Shown: positions 33,678 to 42,223 of the stretch, one piece after another
Layout of the letters: every line of letters starts with the position of its first letter
Numbering within the stretch: the stretch's first letter is position 1
Source of the DNA: Candidatus Omnitrophota bacterium
Lineage (GTDB): Bacteria; Omnitrophota; Gorgyraeia; Gygaellales; Profunditerraquicolaceae
Assembly: GCA_030693145.1 (NCBI GenBank)
Contig: JAUYBI010000045.1
Location: 4,591 to 68,590, forward strand
Length of the DNA stretch: 64,000 nucleotides
Reading direction: 5' to 3'
Made by a program: the position numbers and the translations under genes
The notes under the pieces: model-generated
Seen by the model: the letters and a program-made list of their open reading frames with translations, nothing else
Database searches by the model: none
What the model was told of the DNA's origin: nothing

Positions 33678-34276
33678 TGAAAGCCCCCAACAGACAAAAT
33701 AAACCAGCTAAAATTTTTGTGATCAGTGGGCCATCGGGTTCAGGCAAAACCACCCTTTTGACCAGCTTAATTCAAGATAAGCAAATCGGGAAATTATTAG
33801 TAAAATCCTGCTCGATTACTACGCGGCCAAAGCGTTCGAAAGAAAGAGAGGGCAAGGAGTATTTTTTTGTCGCGCCCAAGGAGTTTAGGCGCCTGTTAAA
33901 AGCGAAAAAAATTCTTGAATGGACCAGGTATTTGGGCTATTATTACGGAACACCTAAGGAGCCCCTGGAAAAACAGCTTCAAGGCCGAAAGAACGTGGGT
34001 TTATGCCTGGACCTTAAGGGTGCCAGGATTCTTAAAAAAATATATCCTCAGAATACAGTAACGATTTTTGTTTTACCGCCTTCACTGAGCGTGCTTAAGG
34101 AGAGGATCCAAAAGCGTTGCCGGCACACCAATCCGCAGGAGGTGGCGCAGCGTTTGCTGCTTGCGCGTAGAGAGCTTCAGGCAGCCGGGAAATTTGACTA
34201 CTGTATTTTAAATCAGAATTTGTCAGCAGCATTTAGAGAATTAAAAAGTATTTTTCTGCAGGAAAGCAGCGCTTAA
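33677..34276 (+). CDS. gmk: Guanylate kinase
   Basis: The 199-aa protein has a P-loop (GPSGSGKTT) and sits in the canonical yicC-gmk-rpoZ arrangement. Confidence 0.9.
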   Translation: MKAPNRQNKPAKIFVISGPSGSGKTTLLTSLIQDKQIGKLLVKSCSITTRPKRSKEREGKEYFFVAPKEFRRLLKAKKILEWTRYLGYYYGTPKEPLEKQLQGRKNVGLCLDLKGARILKKIYPQNTVTIFVLPPSLSVLKERIQKRCRHTNPQEVAQRLLLARRELQAAGKFDYCILNQNLSAAFRELKSIFLQESSA

Positions 34277-34298
34277 CATATTACACCGGGGGTAAAAG

Positions 34299-34508
34299 AT
34301 GGATTATCAGGGAAGAGAAAAACTTTTAGACAAGAGTATGGGGTCAATTTATAAGCTGGTAATTTTGGCTTCTAAAAGGGCTTTAGAGATTGCCGAAGGC
34401 CAGCCGAAATTAGTGGCAGACGATGCTTCGGTAAAACCCTCGACCGTAGCCTTACATGAAATTGCTGCCGGTAAGATTGAGGCCAGGAAAATCAAGACAA
34501 AAGAGTAA
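34299..34508 (+). CDS. rpoZ: DNA-directed RNA polymerase subunit omega
   Basis: A 69-aa ORF following gmk with a conserved N-terminal RpoZ fold (GSIYKLVILASKRALEI). Confidence 0.8.
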   Translation: MDYQGREKLLDKSMGSIYKLVILASKRALEIAEGQPKLVADDASVKPSTVALHEIAAGKIEARKIKTKE

Positions 34509-35056
34509 TGGAAAAAGCCGAAAAAAATATCATCTTAGGCGTAACTGCCGGCATTGCTATTTACAAGTCCTGCGGCCTTATCCACAAGCTTAGAGCATGC
34601 GGGTTGGCAGTGCATGTGGTGATGACTAAAGAGGCGCAGGAATTAATTAAGCCGATTGTTTTTCAGAGCTTAAGCGGTAACCGGGTTTATGGCGGAGGCA
34701 TATTTGATGCGCCGGATACCTGGGATATTGAACATGTTGCTTTGGCGGCCAAAGCGGATTTAATTTTAATTGCTCCGGCAACGGCTAATATTATCGCCAA
34801 ACTTGCCGCCGGCATCTGCGATGATCTTTTAAGCTGTACGGTTTGCGCGAGTAAGGCTAAGGTCTTAATTGCACCGGCGATGAATGAAAATATGTATCAA
34901 AATAAAATAACGCAGAGTAATATCGCAAAATTAAAGAGTTGTGGTTATAAATTTATTCTACCACGTAAAGGCTTGCTGGCTTGCGGGGTGGTGGGGGTAG
35001 GTTGTTTAGCAGAGACTGAAGAGATTGTCAAGGAATCCAAGAAAATTTTAGAATAA
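34508..35056 (+). CDS. coaC: Phosphopantothenoylcysteine decarboxylase (CoaC flavoprotein domain only)
   Basis: A 182-aa flavoprotein fold (NIILGVTAGIAIYKS...) with no fused CoaB domain. Confidence 0.8.
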   Translation: MEKAEKNIILGVTAGIAIYKSCGLIHKLRACGLAVHVVMTKEAQELIKPIVFQSLSGNRVYGGGIFDAPDTWDIEHVALAAKADLILIAPATANIIAKLAAGICDDLLSCTVCASKAKVLIAPAMNENMYQNKITQSNIAKLKSCGYKFILPRKGLLACGVVGVGCLAETEEIVKESKKILE

Positions 35057-35278
35057 ATGGGTATTAAATATGCAGTAAATAGGGATTTTTTTAAAACATG
35101 GACTTCTGAAATGGCTTATGTTCTAGGTTTTATCGCTGCTGATGGTAGCCTAGAAAATACGCCTTATATGAGAGGTAAATATATAAGTATTTGTAGTGAA
35201 GATGGATTATATTTAGAGCGGAAATATAACAAATTTTTAGACTTTTTTGGATTATATCCTAAGTGGCAGGAATACAAT
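35057..35278 (+). pseudogene. Remnant of a LAGLIDADG homing endonuclease
   Basis: The ORF starts at the ATG abutting the coaC stop, encodes a LAGLIDADG block (AYVLGFIAADGSL), and runs into tRNA-Cys after about 73 codons. This is too short for a functional LAGLIDADG domain. Confidence 0.45.
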
Positions 35279-35351
35279 GGCGTGGTACCCAAGCGGTTAA
35301 GGGAGTTGTCTGCAAAACAACTATTCACCGGTTCGAGTCCGGTCCACGCCT
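35279..35351 (+). tRNA. tRNA-Cys (anticodon GCA)
   Basis: The sequence GGCGTGGTACCCAAGCGGTTAAGGGAGTTGTCTGCAAAACAACTATTCACCGGTTCGAGTCCGGTCCACGCCT has a perfect 7-bp acceptor stem, the anticodon loop CTGCAAA and a U73 discriminator. Confidence 0.85.
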
Positions 35352-35386
35352 TAAATTAGCGTTGAACGATAACCAAAGGTTAGATT

Positions 35387-35470
35387 GCCGGGGTGTCGAA
35401 ATTGGTATACGATGCGGACTTAAAATCCGCCGTCCGCAAGGGCATGAGGGTTCGATTCCCTCCTCCGGCA
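35387..35470 (+). tRNA. tRNA-Leu (anticodon TAA), class II with a long variable arm
   Basis: The sequence GCCGGGGTGTCGAAATTGGTATACGATGCGGACTTAAAATCCGCCGTCCGCAAGGGCATGAGGGTTCGATTCCCTCCTCCGGCA has the anticodon loop CTTAAAA and carries no intron. Confidence 0.8.
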
Positions 35471-35482
35471 CTTAAAAATTTT

Positions 35483-35556
35483 GGGCTCATAGCTCAGTTG
35501 GTTAGAGCGTTTCCTTGACATGGAAAAGGCCGGGGGTCCGAATCCTCCTGGGCCCA
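35483..35556 (+). tRNA. tRNA-Val (anticodon GAC)
   Basis: The sequence GGGCTCATAGCTCAGTTGGTTAGAGCGTTTCCTTGACATGGAAAAGGCCGGGGGTCCGAATCCTCCTGGGCCCA has the anticodon loop TTGACAT. Confidence 0.85.
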
Positions 35557-35603
35557 TTTTGGTTTATTAGTTTGATAATCAGAGAACTCAGAAACTAACA
35601 ATT

Positions 35604-37322
35604 ATGGATCTAGATACTCTAAGACATTCATGTTCACATGTTCTGGCTGAGGCGGTAAAAAAACTTTGGCCGGAGGCAAAATTAGCAATCGGGCCGGCAA
35701 TTGAAGACGGCTTTTACTATGATTTTGACAAAAAAGAGCCGTTTAGCAACGAAGATTTGCTGAATATTGAACAGGAGATGCGGAACATTATCACCCGGGA
35801 TGATCCGTTTTTGCGTGAGGAGCTGGATAAAATAAAAGCAATCGAGCTATTTAAGAAATTAAATGAAGATTATAAGGTCCAGCTTATCGAAGCTTTACCG
35901 GAGCAGGCAATTTCTATTTATAAAACCGGGAAAGTTTTTTTAGATCTTTGCCGTGGGCCGCATATCCCATCCACCGGTCAAATCAAGGCTTTTAAGTTGT
36001 TATCTGTTGCCGGAGCTTATTGGCATGGGATCGAAACTAATCCTATGCTGCAAAGGATTTACGGGACCTGTTTTGAGACCCAAAAAGAATTAGATGAATA
36101 TTTAAAAAATATAGAGGAAGCCAAACTACGCGACCATAGAAAACTAGGGCCGCAGCTGGAGTTCTTTGATATTTATCATGAGCAGGCAGGGGCAGGGCTG
36201 GTATTTTATCATCCTAAGGGCGCGCTGTTACGCACGATCATCGAGGATTATGAAAAAAAAGAGCATTTAAAACGCGGCTATGATATGGTGATTACTCCGC
36301 ATATTATGGATGTTGCCCTCTGGAAAACCAGCGGACATTATGATTATTACCGAGAGAATATGTATATCTTCCAGGCCGAAGATAAAGATTTTGTTTTAAA
36401 GCCGATGAATTGCCCGGGGCATATTTTAATTTATAAATCCAAAACCCGAAGCTATAAAGATTTGCCCATCCGTTATTTTGAGCTGGGTACGGTTTATCGT
36501 CGGGAAAAAGCCGGTGTTTTGCACGGGCTGTTGCGGGTGCGCGGGTTTACCCAGGATGACGCGCATGTATTTTGTTTACCGGAACAATTGTCTCAAGAAA
36601 TCAAAGCGATTATTGATTTTGTATTTGATACCATGAAAGTTTTCGGGTTTGAGTCAGTGGGGATCGAACTGAGCACCCGTCCGGAAAAATCCATTGGTTC
36701 GGATGAAGATTGGCAGCTAGCCACGGAAGCTTTAGAAACGGTATTAAAAGAAAAAGGTTTAAAATATGATGTCAATGTAGGAGACGGTGCATTCTACGGC
36801 CCGAAAATTGATATCAAATTAAAAGATGCGCTTAAAAGGACCTGGCAGTGCGCGACTATTCAGTGCGATTTTGCTCTTCCCAAAAGATTTAATTTAGCTT
36901 ATATTGATGATACGGGTAAAGAAAGGCAGCCGGTTATGCTGCATCGGGTTTTGTTGGGCAGCCTGGAGCGTTTTATCGGCGCCCTAATTGAACATTATAA
37001 AGGAGAGCTTCCTCTATGGTTAAGCCCGACGCAAGTTTTAATAATTCCGCTCAAAGAAACGGTGCGCGTTTATGCTCAAGATGTAAAGAATACCTTAGAA
37101 AGCCGAAATATTCGCGTGGATATGGATCTGCGTAATGAAACTTTAGATAAAAAGATTCGTAATGCCGAGATAAATAAAATCCCTTATTGTTTGATTTTAG
37201 GGGATCGAGAAGCTCAGCAGGGCACGGTGAGTGTGCGTAAAAAGGGAAGTGGAGATCAAGGGGTGATTGCCTTAGAGGAGTTTATGAGGAATTTAATTAA
37301 CCAGATTCAGGAACATAAGTAA
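35604..37322 (+). CDS. thrS: Threonine--tRNA ligase (lacks the N-terminal TGS extension)
   Basis: The 572-aa protein has an editing domain, a class II catalytic core and an anticodon-binding domain. Confidence 0.92.
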   Translation: MDLDTLRHSCSHVLAEAVKKLWPEAKLAIGPAIEDGFYYDFDKKEPFSNEDLLNIEQEMRNIITRDDPFLREELDKIKAIELFKKLNEDYKVQLIEALPEQAISIYKTGKVFLDLCRGPHIPSTGQIKAFKLLSVAGAYWHGIETNPMLQRIYGTCFETQKELDEYLKNIEEAKLRDHRKLGPQLEFFDIYHEQAGAGLVFYHPKGALLRTIIEDYEKKEHLKRGYDMVITPHIMDVALWKTSGHYDYYRENMYIFQAEDKDFVLKPMNCPGHILIYKSKTRSYKDLPIRYFELGTVYRREKAGVLHGLLRVRGFTQDDAHVFCLPEQLSQEIKAIIDFVFDTMKVFGFESVGIELSTRPEKSIGSDEDWQLATEALETVLKEKGLKYDVNVGDGAFYGPKIDIKLKDALKRTWQCATIQCDFALPKRFNLAYIDDTGKERQPVMLHRVLLGSLERFIGALIEHYKGELPLWLSPTQVLIIPLKETVRVYAQDVKNTLESRNIRVDMDLRNETLDKKIRNAEINKIPYCLILGDREAQQGTVSVRKKGSGDQGVIALEEFMRNLINQIQEHK

Positions 37323-37337
37323 AAGAGGGAGGAAGCT

Positions 37338-37844
37338 ATAAAAAAGTTCACGCGTATTAACGACAGAATTAGCGCACCGCAAGTTCGGGTAATTGGTCAT
37401 GATGAAAGTCAATTAGGAGTAATGTCTGTACAGCGGGCCTTAGAAATTGCTAATCAGCAGGAGTTAGATTTAGTGGAGGTTGCTCCCGCGGCTACGCCAC
37501 CGGTTTGCCGGATTATTGAATATAGTAAATTTAAATATGACTTGGAGAAAAAAGATCGGGAAGCTAAGAAACACCAGAAACAGGGCCGCCTCAAAGAAAT
37601 TCGACTTAAACCTAATATTGATGAACATGATTTTGAAACCAAGGTTAAGCAGGTAAGAAGTTTTTTAAAGAAAAAAGACAAAGTTAAAGTTAATCTTTTT
37701 TTCCGAGGCCGGCAGATGGAGCATTTAGATTTAGGGAGAAAAGTTTTAGATAAATTTATTCTGGATACACAGAATGATGGGCAGGTAGAAAAAACACCCT
37801 CACTTGAGGGTAGGATTATGTCCTTTGTAATTGCCCCAAAGTGA
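37338..37844 (+). CDS. infC: Translation initiation factor IF-3 with a non-canonical ATA start
   Basis: The reading frame is open from the thrS stop. The RBS AAGAGGGAGG sits 6 nt before ATA(37338)-AAA-AAG. The translated N-terminus IKKFTRINDRISAPQVRVIGHDESQLGVM matches the IF3 N-domain, and the ORF track's ATG at 37422 would truncate that domain. Confidence 0.75.
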   Translation: MKKFTRINDRISAPQVRVIGHDESQLGVMSVQRALEIANQQELDLVEVAPAATPPVCRIIEYSKFKYDLEKKDREAKKHQKQGRLKEIRLKPNIDEHDFETKVKQVRSFLKKKDKVKVNLFFRGRQMEHLDLGRKVLDKFILDTQNDGQVEKTPSLEGRIMSFVIAPK

Positions 37845-37888
37845 AGTATAATAACAGACAGTGTAATAAATCTTGCTGACTTTCAATA

Positions 37889-37914
37889 GTAGGGGAGGTT
37901 TAAACCTCCCCTAC
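37889..37914. repeat. Palindromic hairpin element GTAGGGGAGGTTTAAACCTCCCCTAC (family copy 3)
   Basis: A perfect 26-bp palindrome lies between infC and rpmI. It shares an extended left flank (GACAGTGTAAYAAAYCTTGYTGACTTTCAATA) with the copy at 63487. Confidence 0.9.
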
Positions 37915-37979
37915 GGCAATTAATAATTGGAAAAGTACGCAGAGTTTATTATAGCATCTAACAATATGGAGAAAGAAAA

Positions 37980-38180
37980 ATGGGAAAGTTAAAAACAAAA
38001 CGCGGGGTAGCTAAGCGTTTTAAAATTACCAAAAAAGGTAAAGTTAAGTATTCACCCGGCGGAAAAAGCCACTTAGCTTCGTCTAAGAGAACAAAAAAAA
38101 TTAGAAATTTAAGGAGACGCAGGACACTGGCGGGTAAAAAAGAAGTAAGATTTATCAAATCTATGCTACCTTATGGGTAG
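37980..38180 (+). CDS. rpmI: 50S ribosomal protein L35
   Basis: The 66-aa product begins MGKLKTKRGVAKRFKITKKGKVK... Confidence 0.9.
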   Translation: MGKLKTKRGVAKRFKITKKGKVKYSPGGKSHLASSKRTKKIRNLRRRRTLAGKKEVRFIKSMLPYG

Positions 38181-38200
38181 ATTTTATGTAAAATAACATT

Positions 38201-38318
38201 TCCCCCTCGCGGGAGCTCGGGGTCATTTTTCCCCAAGCGCCGGAGGCTGGGGAAAAATTCTCCCCCTCGCGGGAGCTCGGGGTCATTTTTCCCCAAGCGC
38301 CGGAGGCTGGGGAAAAAT
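38201..38318 (+). repeat. Two tandem copies of a 58-nt structured repeat in the rplT 5' leader
   Basis: The unit is TCCCCCTCGCGGGAGCTCGGGGTCATTTTTCCCCAAGCGCCGGAGGCTGGGGAAAAAT, at 38201-38258 and 38261-38318. It contains a 10-bp perfect stem (TTTTTCCCCA/TGGGGAAAAA) with a 12-nt loop AGCGCCGGAGGC. A third copy lies at 51203-51260. Confidence 0.9.
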
Positions 38319-38331
38319 GAGGAGAAATGTA

Positions 38332-38679
38332 ATGGCAAAGGCTAAACATAGTGTAGCAACTCGTAAAAGAAAGAAGAAGGTTTTAAAACAAGCTAAAGGG
38401 TTCTGGGGTGATCGGAGTAAGCAATATCAGCAGGCCAAAAGAGTATTGGTGCACGCGCTCAGATATGCTTACCGGGATCGCCGGAATAAGAAGCGTGAAT
38501 TCCGCAGTCTCTGGATTGCCCGGATTAACGCGGCTTGCCGAGAGGTTGGGATTTCCTATAGCGTATTTATGAACGGGCTCAAGAAATCTAAGATTACTCT
38601 AGACCGTAAGATTTTGGCGGATTTAGCAGTAAGAGACAATCTTGCTTTTAAAAAACTAGTGGAGATAATCAAGAAATAA
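38332..38679 (+). CDS. rplT: 50S ribosomal protein L20
   Basis: [37 protein letters not shown]... The start is taken at the ATG at 38332, which is preceded by GAGGAG. The track's earlier ATG lies inside the repeat. Confidence 0.88.
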   Translation: MAKAKHSVATRKRKKKVLKQAKGFWGDRSKQYQQAKRVLVHALRYAYRDRRNKKREFRSLWIARINAACREVGISYSVFMNGLKKSKITLDRKILADLAVRDNLAFKKLVEIIKK

Positions 38680-38733
38680 AATCCTCCCCCCGTTCCTCTG
38701 GAAAGGATTGGGTGGAAGGCTAAGGGGTTATCC

Positions 38734-39378
38734 ATGTATGTAATTATTGTCGGTTGTGGGAGAGTGGGCTCAGAGCTGGCTAAGCTTTTATCCGGAGAGG
38801 GCCATGATGTAGTGGTTATTGATAAAACTCAGGAGGCATTTAAGCGCCTGGGGGATACTTTTAATGGCCTGACTATGGTCGGTAATGGTTTTGACCTGGC
38901 GCTTCTAAAACAGGTAGGCATTGAAAAAGCGGATGCTTTTTGCGCGGTAACTGATGGAGATAATACTAATTTAATTAGTGCCCAGGTGGCTAAAAAGATT
39001 TTTTCCGTGCCCAAAGTTTTTGCCCGGGTTTATGATCCGCAGCGCGCGCATATTTACGCGGCTCTGGGTTTGGATATTATCAGCGGCACAATGCTTTTTT
39101 CCGCTATGCTCAGAGATAAAATTATTGAAAGCAGATTTTCTAGCTATTTAATTGAATCCAAGGATTTAGGGGTTATTGAAATTGAAGCCAAGAATGACCT
39201 GGTCGGTAAAACCATTCAGGATATAAATATCCCGGGAGATTTTATTGTCGTGGCCTTACGTAGAATGCAGGGGGTAGTGATCCCGGAGCCTAAAACCGTT
39301 TTAAAAAATAAAGATATCTTAATGGGGGTAGTAAAAGTTTCCAGCCTCCGGGCGGTCAGGGAGAAGTTTCATTTATAA
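38734..39378 (+). CDS. K+ transport regulatory subunit, KtrA/TrkA-type (RCK_N + RCK_C)
   Basis: The 214-aa protein has the NAD-binding motif IIVGCGRVGSELA. Confidence 0.85.
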   Translation: MYVIIVGCGRVGSELAKLLSGEGHDVVVIDKTQEAFKRLGDTFNGLTMVGNGFDLALLKQVGIEKADAFCAVTDGDNTNLISAQVAKKIFSVPKVFARVYDPQRAHIYAALGLDIISGTMLFSAMLRDKIIESRFSSYLIESKDLGVIEIEAKNDLVGKTIQDINIPGDFIVVALRRMQGVVIPEPKTVLKNKDILMGVVKVSSLRAVREKFHL

Positions 39379-39384
39379 CTTTGG

Positions 39385-39418
39385 GATCGTAGCGGAGGTT
39401 TAAACCTCCGCTACGATC
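39385..39418. repeat. Palindromic hairpin element, variant GATCGTAGCGGAGGTTTAAACCTCCGCTACGATC (family copy 4)
   Basis: A perfect 34-bp palindrome whose arm variant (G to C at one arm position) is compensated on the other arm. It lies between the two ktrA/trkA paralogs. Confidence 0.85.
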
Positions 39419-39448
39419 TGACGGGAAAAATCGGAGGTTTGTAACGGG

Positions 39449-40111
39449 ATGTATATTTTAATTGTCGGCGCAGGTAAGGTGGGTTATTTTCTGGCCAGGA
39501 GGCTTTGCCAGGGTAAGCACACGGTAAGTGTCGTAGATAAAGACCGCCAGATTTGTGAAGAGTTGGCCAAGGAATTAGATGCCCTGGTAGTGAACGGCGA
39601 TGCCTGCGACCCAAAAATATTGGAGGAAGCCGGAATTTCGCGGGCTGATGTTTTAGCCGCGGTCACCGGTGATGATGAAGATAACCTGATTATTTGTCAG
39701 TTAGCTAAAGAAAAATTTAACCTGCGGCGTACTGTGGGCCGGGTAAATAATCCGGATAATGAACATACCTTTAATGAGCTAGGTATTGATGTGCCGGTTG
39801 ATTCCACCAAGATCATTGCTAAAATTATTGAAGAAGAAGTTTCTTTTTCGGATTTTGTAAATCTAATGAGTTTTAAGCGCGGCAAGCTGGCGATTGTGCG
39901 CGTGGATCTTCCGGATGATGCTCCCGTGATTAACCGGCAAGTAAAAGATATCGCTTTACCCAAAGACGCGGTATTGGTTTCCATTGTCCGGGGAGAAGAG
40001 GTTATTCTTCCCAAGGGCGATACGGTGCTTAAAACCGGAGATGATGTCATCGCGCTTACTTTAATCGGTAATGAGCCGCAACTCTTAAGCCTTTTAGCCG
40101 GGAAGCTTTAA
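39449..40111 (+). CDS. Second KtrA/TrkA-type K+ transport regulatory subunit
   Basis: The 220-aa protein has the NAD-binding motif ILIVGAGKVGYFLA. Confidence 0.85.
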   Translation: MYILIVGAGKVGYFLARRLCQGKHTVSVVDKDRQICEELAKELDALVVNGDACDPKILEEAGISRADVLAAVTGDDEDNLIICQLAKEKFNLRRTVGRVNNPDNEHTFNELGIDVPVDSTKIIAKIIEEEVSFSDFVNLMSFKRGKLAIVRVDLPDDAPVINRQVKDIALPKDAVLVSIVRGEEVILPKGDTVLKTGDDVIALTLIGNEPQLLSLLAGKL

Positions 40112-40116
40112 AATAC

Positions 40117-40233
40117 ATGAGATTTAAACCTGCCTTAAATATTATCTTCGGGATAACCACAGAAATTTTCTATGTGTTTTTTATCATGCTGGCAGCGTTT
40201 TTGATCTGCTGGGCAATATATTTTAAGCTATGA
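40117..40233 (+). CDS. Putative 38-aa hydrophobic peptide translationally coupled to trkH
   Basis: An unlisted small ORF, MRFKPALNIIFGITTEIFYVFFIMLAAFLICWAIYFKL, forms a single TM helix. Its TGA overlaps the trkH ATG (ATGA). The RBS is weak. Confidence 0.3.
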   Translation: MRFKPALNIIFGITTEIFYVFFIMLAAFLICWAIYFKL

Positions 40234-41735
40234 TTCTTAGGCCCCGCCTTGAAGATTTAAAGATCATTGGTTTTTACCTGGGGAAAATAATTTTGGGATT
40301 AGCCTTGACCATGGTTATTCCTATTTTAATTGCTTTGTGTTTTGGAGAGATAAACCCCGCCCTGGATTTTTTCATTAGCATCGAAATATCTGCTTTATTG
40401 GGACTACTCTTAATTAAAATCTGCCAGACGAACAAGGATTTAAATTGGATGCAGGGTATGATTGTCGTTAGCTTATCCTGGGTGGTGGCCATGATTTTAG
40501 GGGCGATTCCGTTATATCTAAGCGGCCACTGGAAATCTTTTTTAGATGCATGTTTTGATGCCATGAGCGGGTTTGCTACCACCGGCTTGACCTTGGTTCA
40601 GGATTTGGATCATCTTTCTTATACGCACAACCTTTGGCGGCATTTGATTATGTTTTTGGGAGGCCAGGGGATTGTGGTGATTGCGCTTTCTTTTTTTGTG
40701 CGCGGGTCCTCCGGTGCATTTAAAATGTATGTGGGTGAGGCCCGGGATGAGAAGATTATGCCCAACGTCATTAATACCTCCAGGTTTATTTGGATGGTAA
40801 GCATTGTTTATCTGATTCTAGGTACCCTGGCCTTAGGCCTCACCGGGATATTTAACGGGATGAAGCCGCTTAATTCATTTTTTCATGGCGCCTGTATCTT
40901 TATGGCGGCTTTTGATACCGGAGGATTCAGCCCGCAATCACAAAACATACTTTATTACCATAGCTTTGCTTATGAGGTGATTACCGTGATCCTGATGGTT
41001 CTGGGGGCGCTTAATTTTAAACTGCATTACCATTTATGGATGGGGAATCGTAAGGAGATAATTAAAAATATCGAAACGCGGACCCTTTTGGTCACCATTA
41101 TTGCTACTTTTTCTGTGGTGGCCGTAGGTTTAGCGCAGACGGGAATTTATCCGGCGGCGGCAATGCTTTTCCGTAAAGGATTTTATCAGCTTATCTCCGG
41201 CCACACCGGGACAGGATTTCAGACTATTTATGCCCAGCAGTTTGGCGCGGATTGGAACCCATTGGCACTGGTAGGAGTAATTTTAGCTATGGCTCTAGGC
41301 GGGGCAGTCTGTTCGACTACCGGGGCAATTAAGATGTTGCGCATCGGAATTATTTTTAAAGCTTTTAAAGAGGATCTCAAAAGGATCATTATGCCGGAGA
41401 GGGCAATTGTTATTGAGAAATTTCACCATATCCGGGAGGTGTTTTTAGAGGATAAGTTGGTGAGGGGAGCTTTAATGATTACCCTGGCTTATATAATTTT
41501 ATATGGCTTAGGCGCACTGGTCGGGATGTTTTATGGTTATCCTTTTTTAGAAGCACTCTTTGAGTCTACCTCTGCCGCCGCTAATGTGGGCTTATCTTGC
41601 GGTATTACCAATATTGATATGCCGGCTATGCTCAAGGTTACTTATATACTGCAGATGTGGGCTGGACGCTTAGAGTTTATGTCCGTATTTACCATTCTTG
41701 GATTTTTATTTGCCAGCATTAAAGGGAAACGATGA
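40230..41735 (+). CDS. trkH: TrkH/KtrB-family K+ transporter membrane subunit
   Basis: The 501-aa polytopic protein has the TrkH selectivity-filter-like GG motifs (TGGFS). Confidence 0.88.
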   Translation: MILRPRLEDLKIIGFYLGKIILGLALTMVIPILIALCFGEINPALDFFISIEISALLGLLLIKICQTNKDLNWMQGMIVVSLSWVVAMILGAIPLYLSGHWKSFLDACFDAMSGFATTGLTLVQDLDHLSYTHNLWRHLIMFLGGQGIVVIALSFFVRGSSGAFKMYVGEARDEKIMPNVINTSRFIWMVSIVYLILGTLALGLTGIFNGMKPLNSFFHGACIFMAAFDTGGFSPQSQNILYYHSFAYEVITVILMVLGALNFKLHYHLWMGNRKEIIKNIETRTLLVTIIATFSVVAVGLAQTGIYPAAAMLFRKGFYQLISGHTGTGFQTIYAQQFGADWNPLALVGVILAMALGGAVCSTTGAIKMLRIGIIFKAFKEDLKRIIMPERAIVIEKFHHIREVFLEDKLVRGALMITLAYIILYGLGALVGMFYGYPFLEALFESTSAAANVGLSCGITNIDMPAMLKVTYILQMWAGRLEFMSVFTILGFLFASIKGKR

Positions 41736-42223
41736 GACGGAGAAATCAGAAAATAAGGATCTGCCTTCTGTCCTCTGTCCTCTGCCTTCTGTCCTCTGTC
41801 TGTTTTGCTCAAACTCTTTCCAGTACGGAATTAATCAACAATGCTAAACAATATGACGGAAAGTTAATTACTTATTCCGGAGAAGTCATCGGGGATGTAA
41901 TGTCACGGGGTGAATTTGCCTGGGTAAATATAAATGACGGCCAGAATGCACTGGGCGTTTGGATAAGCTCTGCTTTAGCGCAAGAAATAAAATTTACGGG
42001 AAATTATAAATCTCGAGGCGATCGCCTGGAGATCGTGGGTGAATTTCACCACGCTTGCCCTGAGCATGGCGGAGATTTAGATATTCACGGGCGCTTATTG
42101 CGCAAGATTGCCAGCGGAAGAATGGTTAAAGAGAAGTTGAATTTTGATAAAGCGAGTTTAAGTTTTATTTTATTAGGGGCATTATTCTTAATATGGATAT
42201 TAACTCTATTCAAACGCAAATAG
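41732..42223 (+). CDS. Hypothetical exported protein with a C-terminal TM anchor, translationally coupled to trkH
   Basis: The 163-aa protein has a signal-peptide-like N-terminus encoded by a heptamer repeat tract, a middle HHACPEHGGDLDIHG motif, and a C-terminal hydrophobic helix. Confidence 0.4.
   Translation: MRRRNQKIRICLLSSVLCLLSSVCFAQTLSSTELINNAKQYDGKLITYSGEVIGDVMSRGEFAWVNINDGQNALGVWISSALAQEIKFTGNYKSRGDRLEIVGEFHHACPEHGGDLDIHGRLLRKIASGRMVKEKLNFDKASLSFILLGALFLIWILTLFKRK

Noticed and set aside
35387-35470. A group I intron in tRNA-Leu(UAA), as in cyanobacteria, suggested by the nearby LAGLIDADG remnant.
   Set aside because: The tRNA-Leu gene reads as a contiguous cloverleaf of 84 nt, with no insertion in the anticodon loop.
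35263-35475. A 70-aa plus-strand ORF.
   Set aside because: It lies entirely across the tRNA-Cys and tRNA-Leu genes. It is an artefact of reading open frames through structured RNA genes.
38201-38318. Possible CRISPR array (a direct repeat seen twice with 60-nt periodicity).
   Set aside because: There are only two adjacent copies with a 2-nt gap and no spacers. The third copy is 13 kb away before rny. No cas genes are present. The behaviour is that of a leader/UTR repeat, not a CRISPR.
38161-38349. A 62-aa minus-strand ORF with internally repeated peptide ([18 protein letters not shown] x2).
   Set aside because: It is simply the reverse-complement reading of the two tandem copies of the 58-nt leader repeat. 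It has no independent coding evidence and overlaps the rpmI end and the rplT start.
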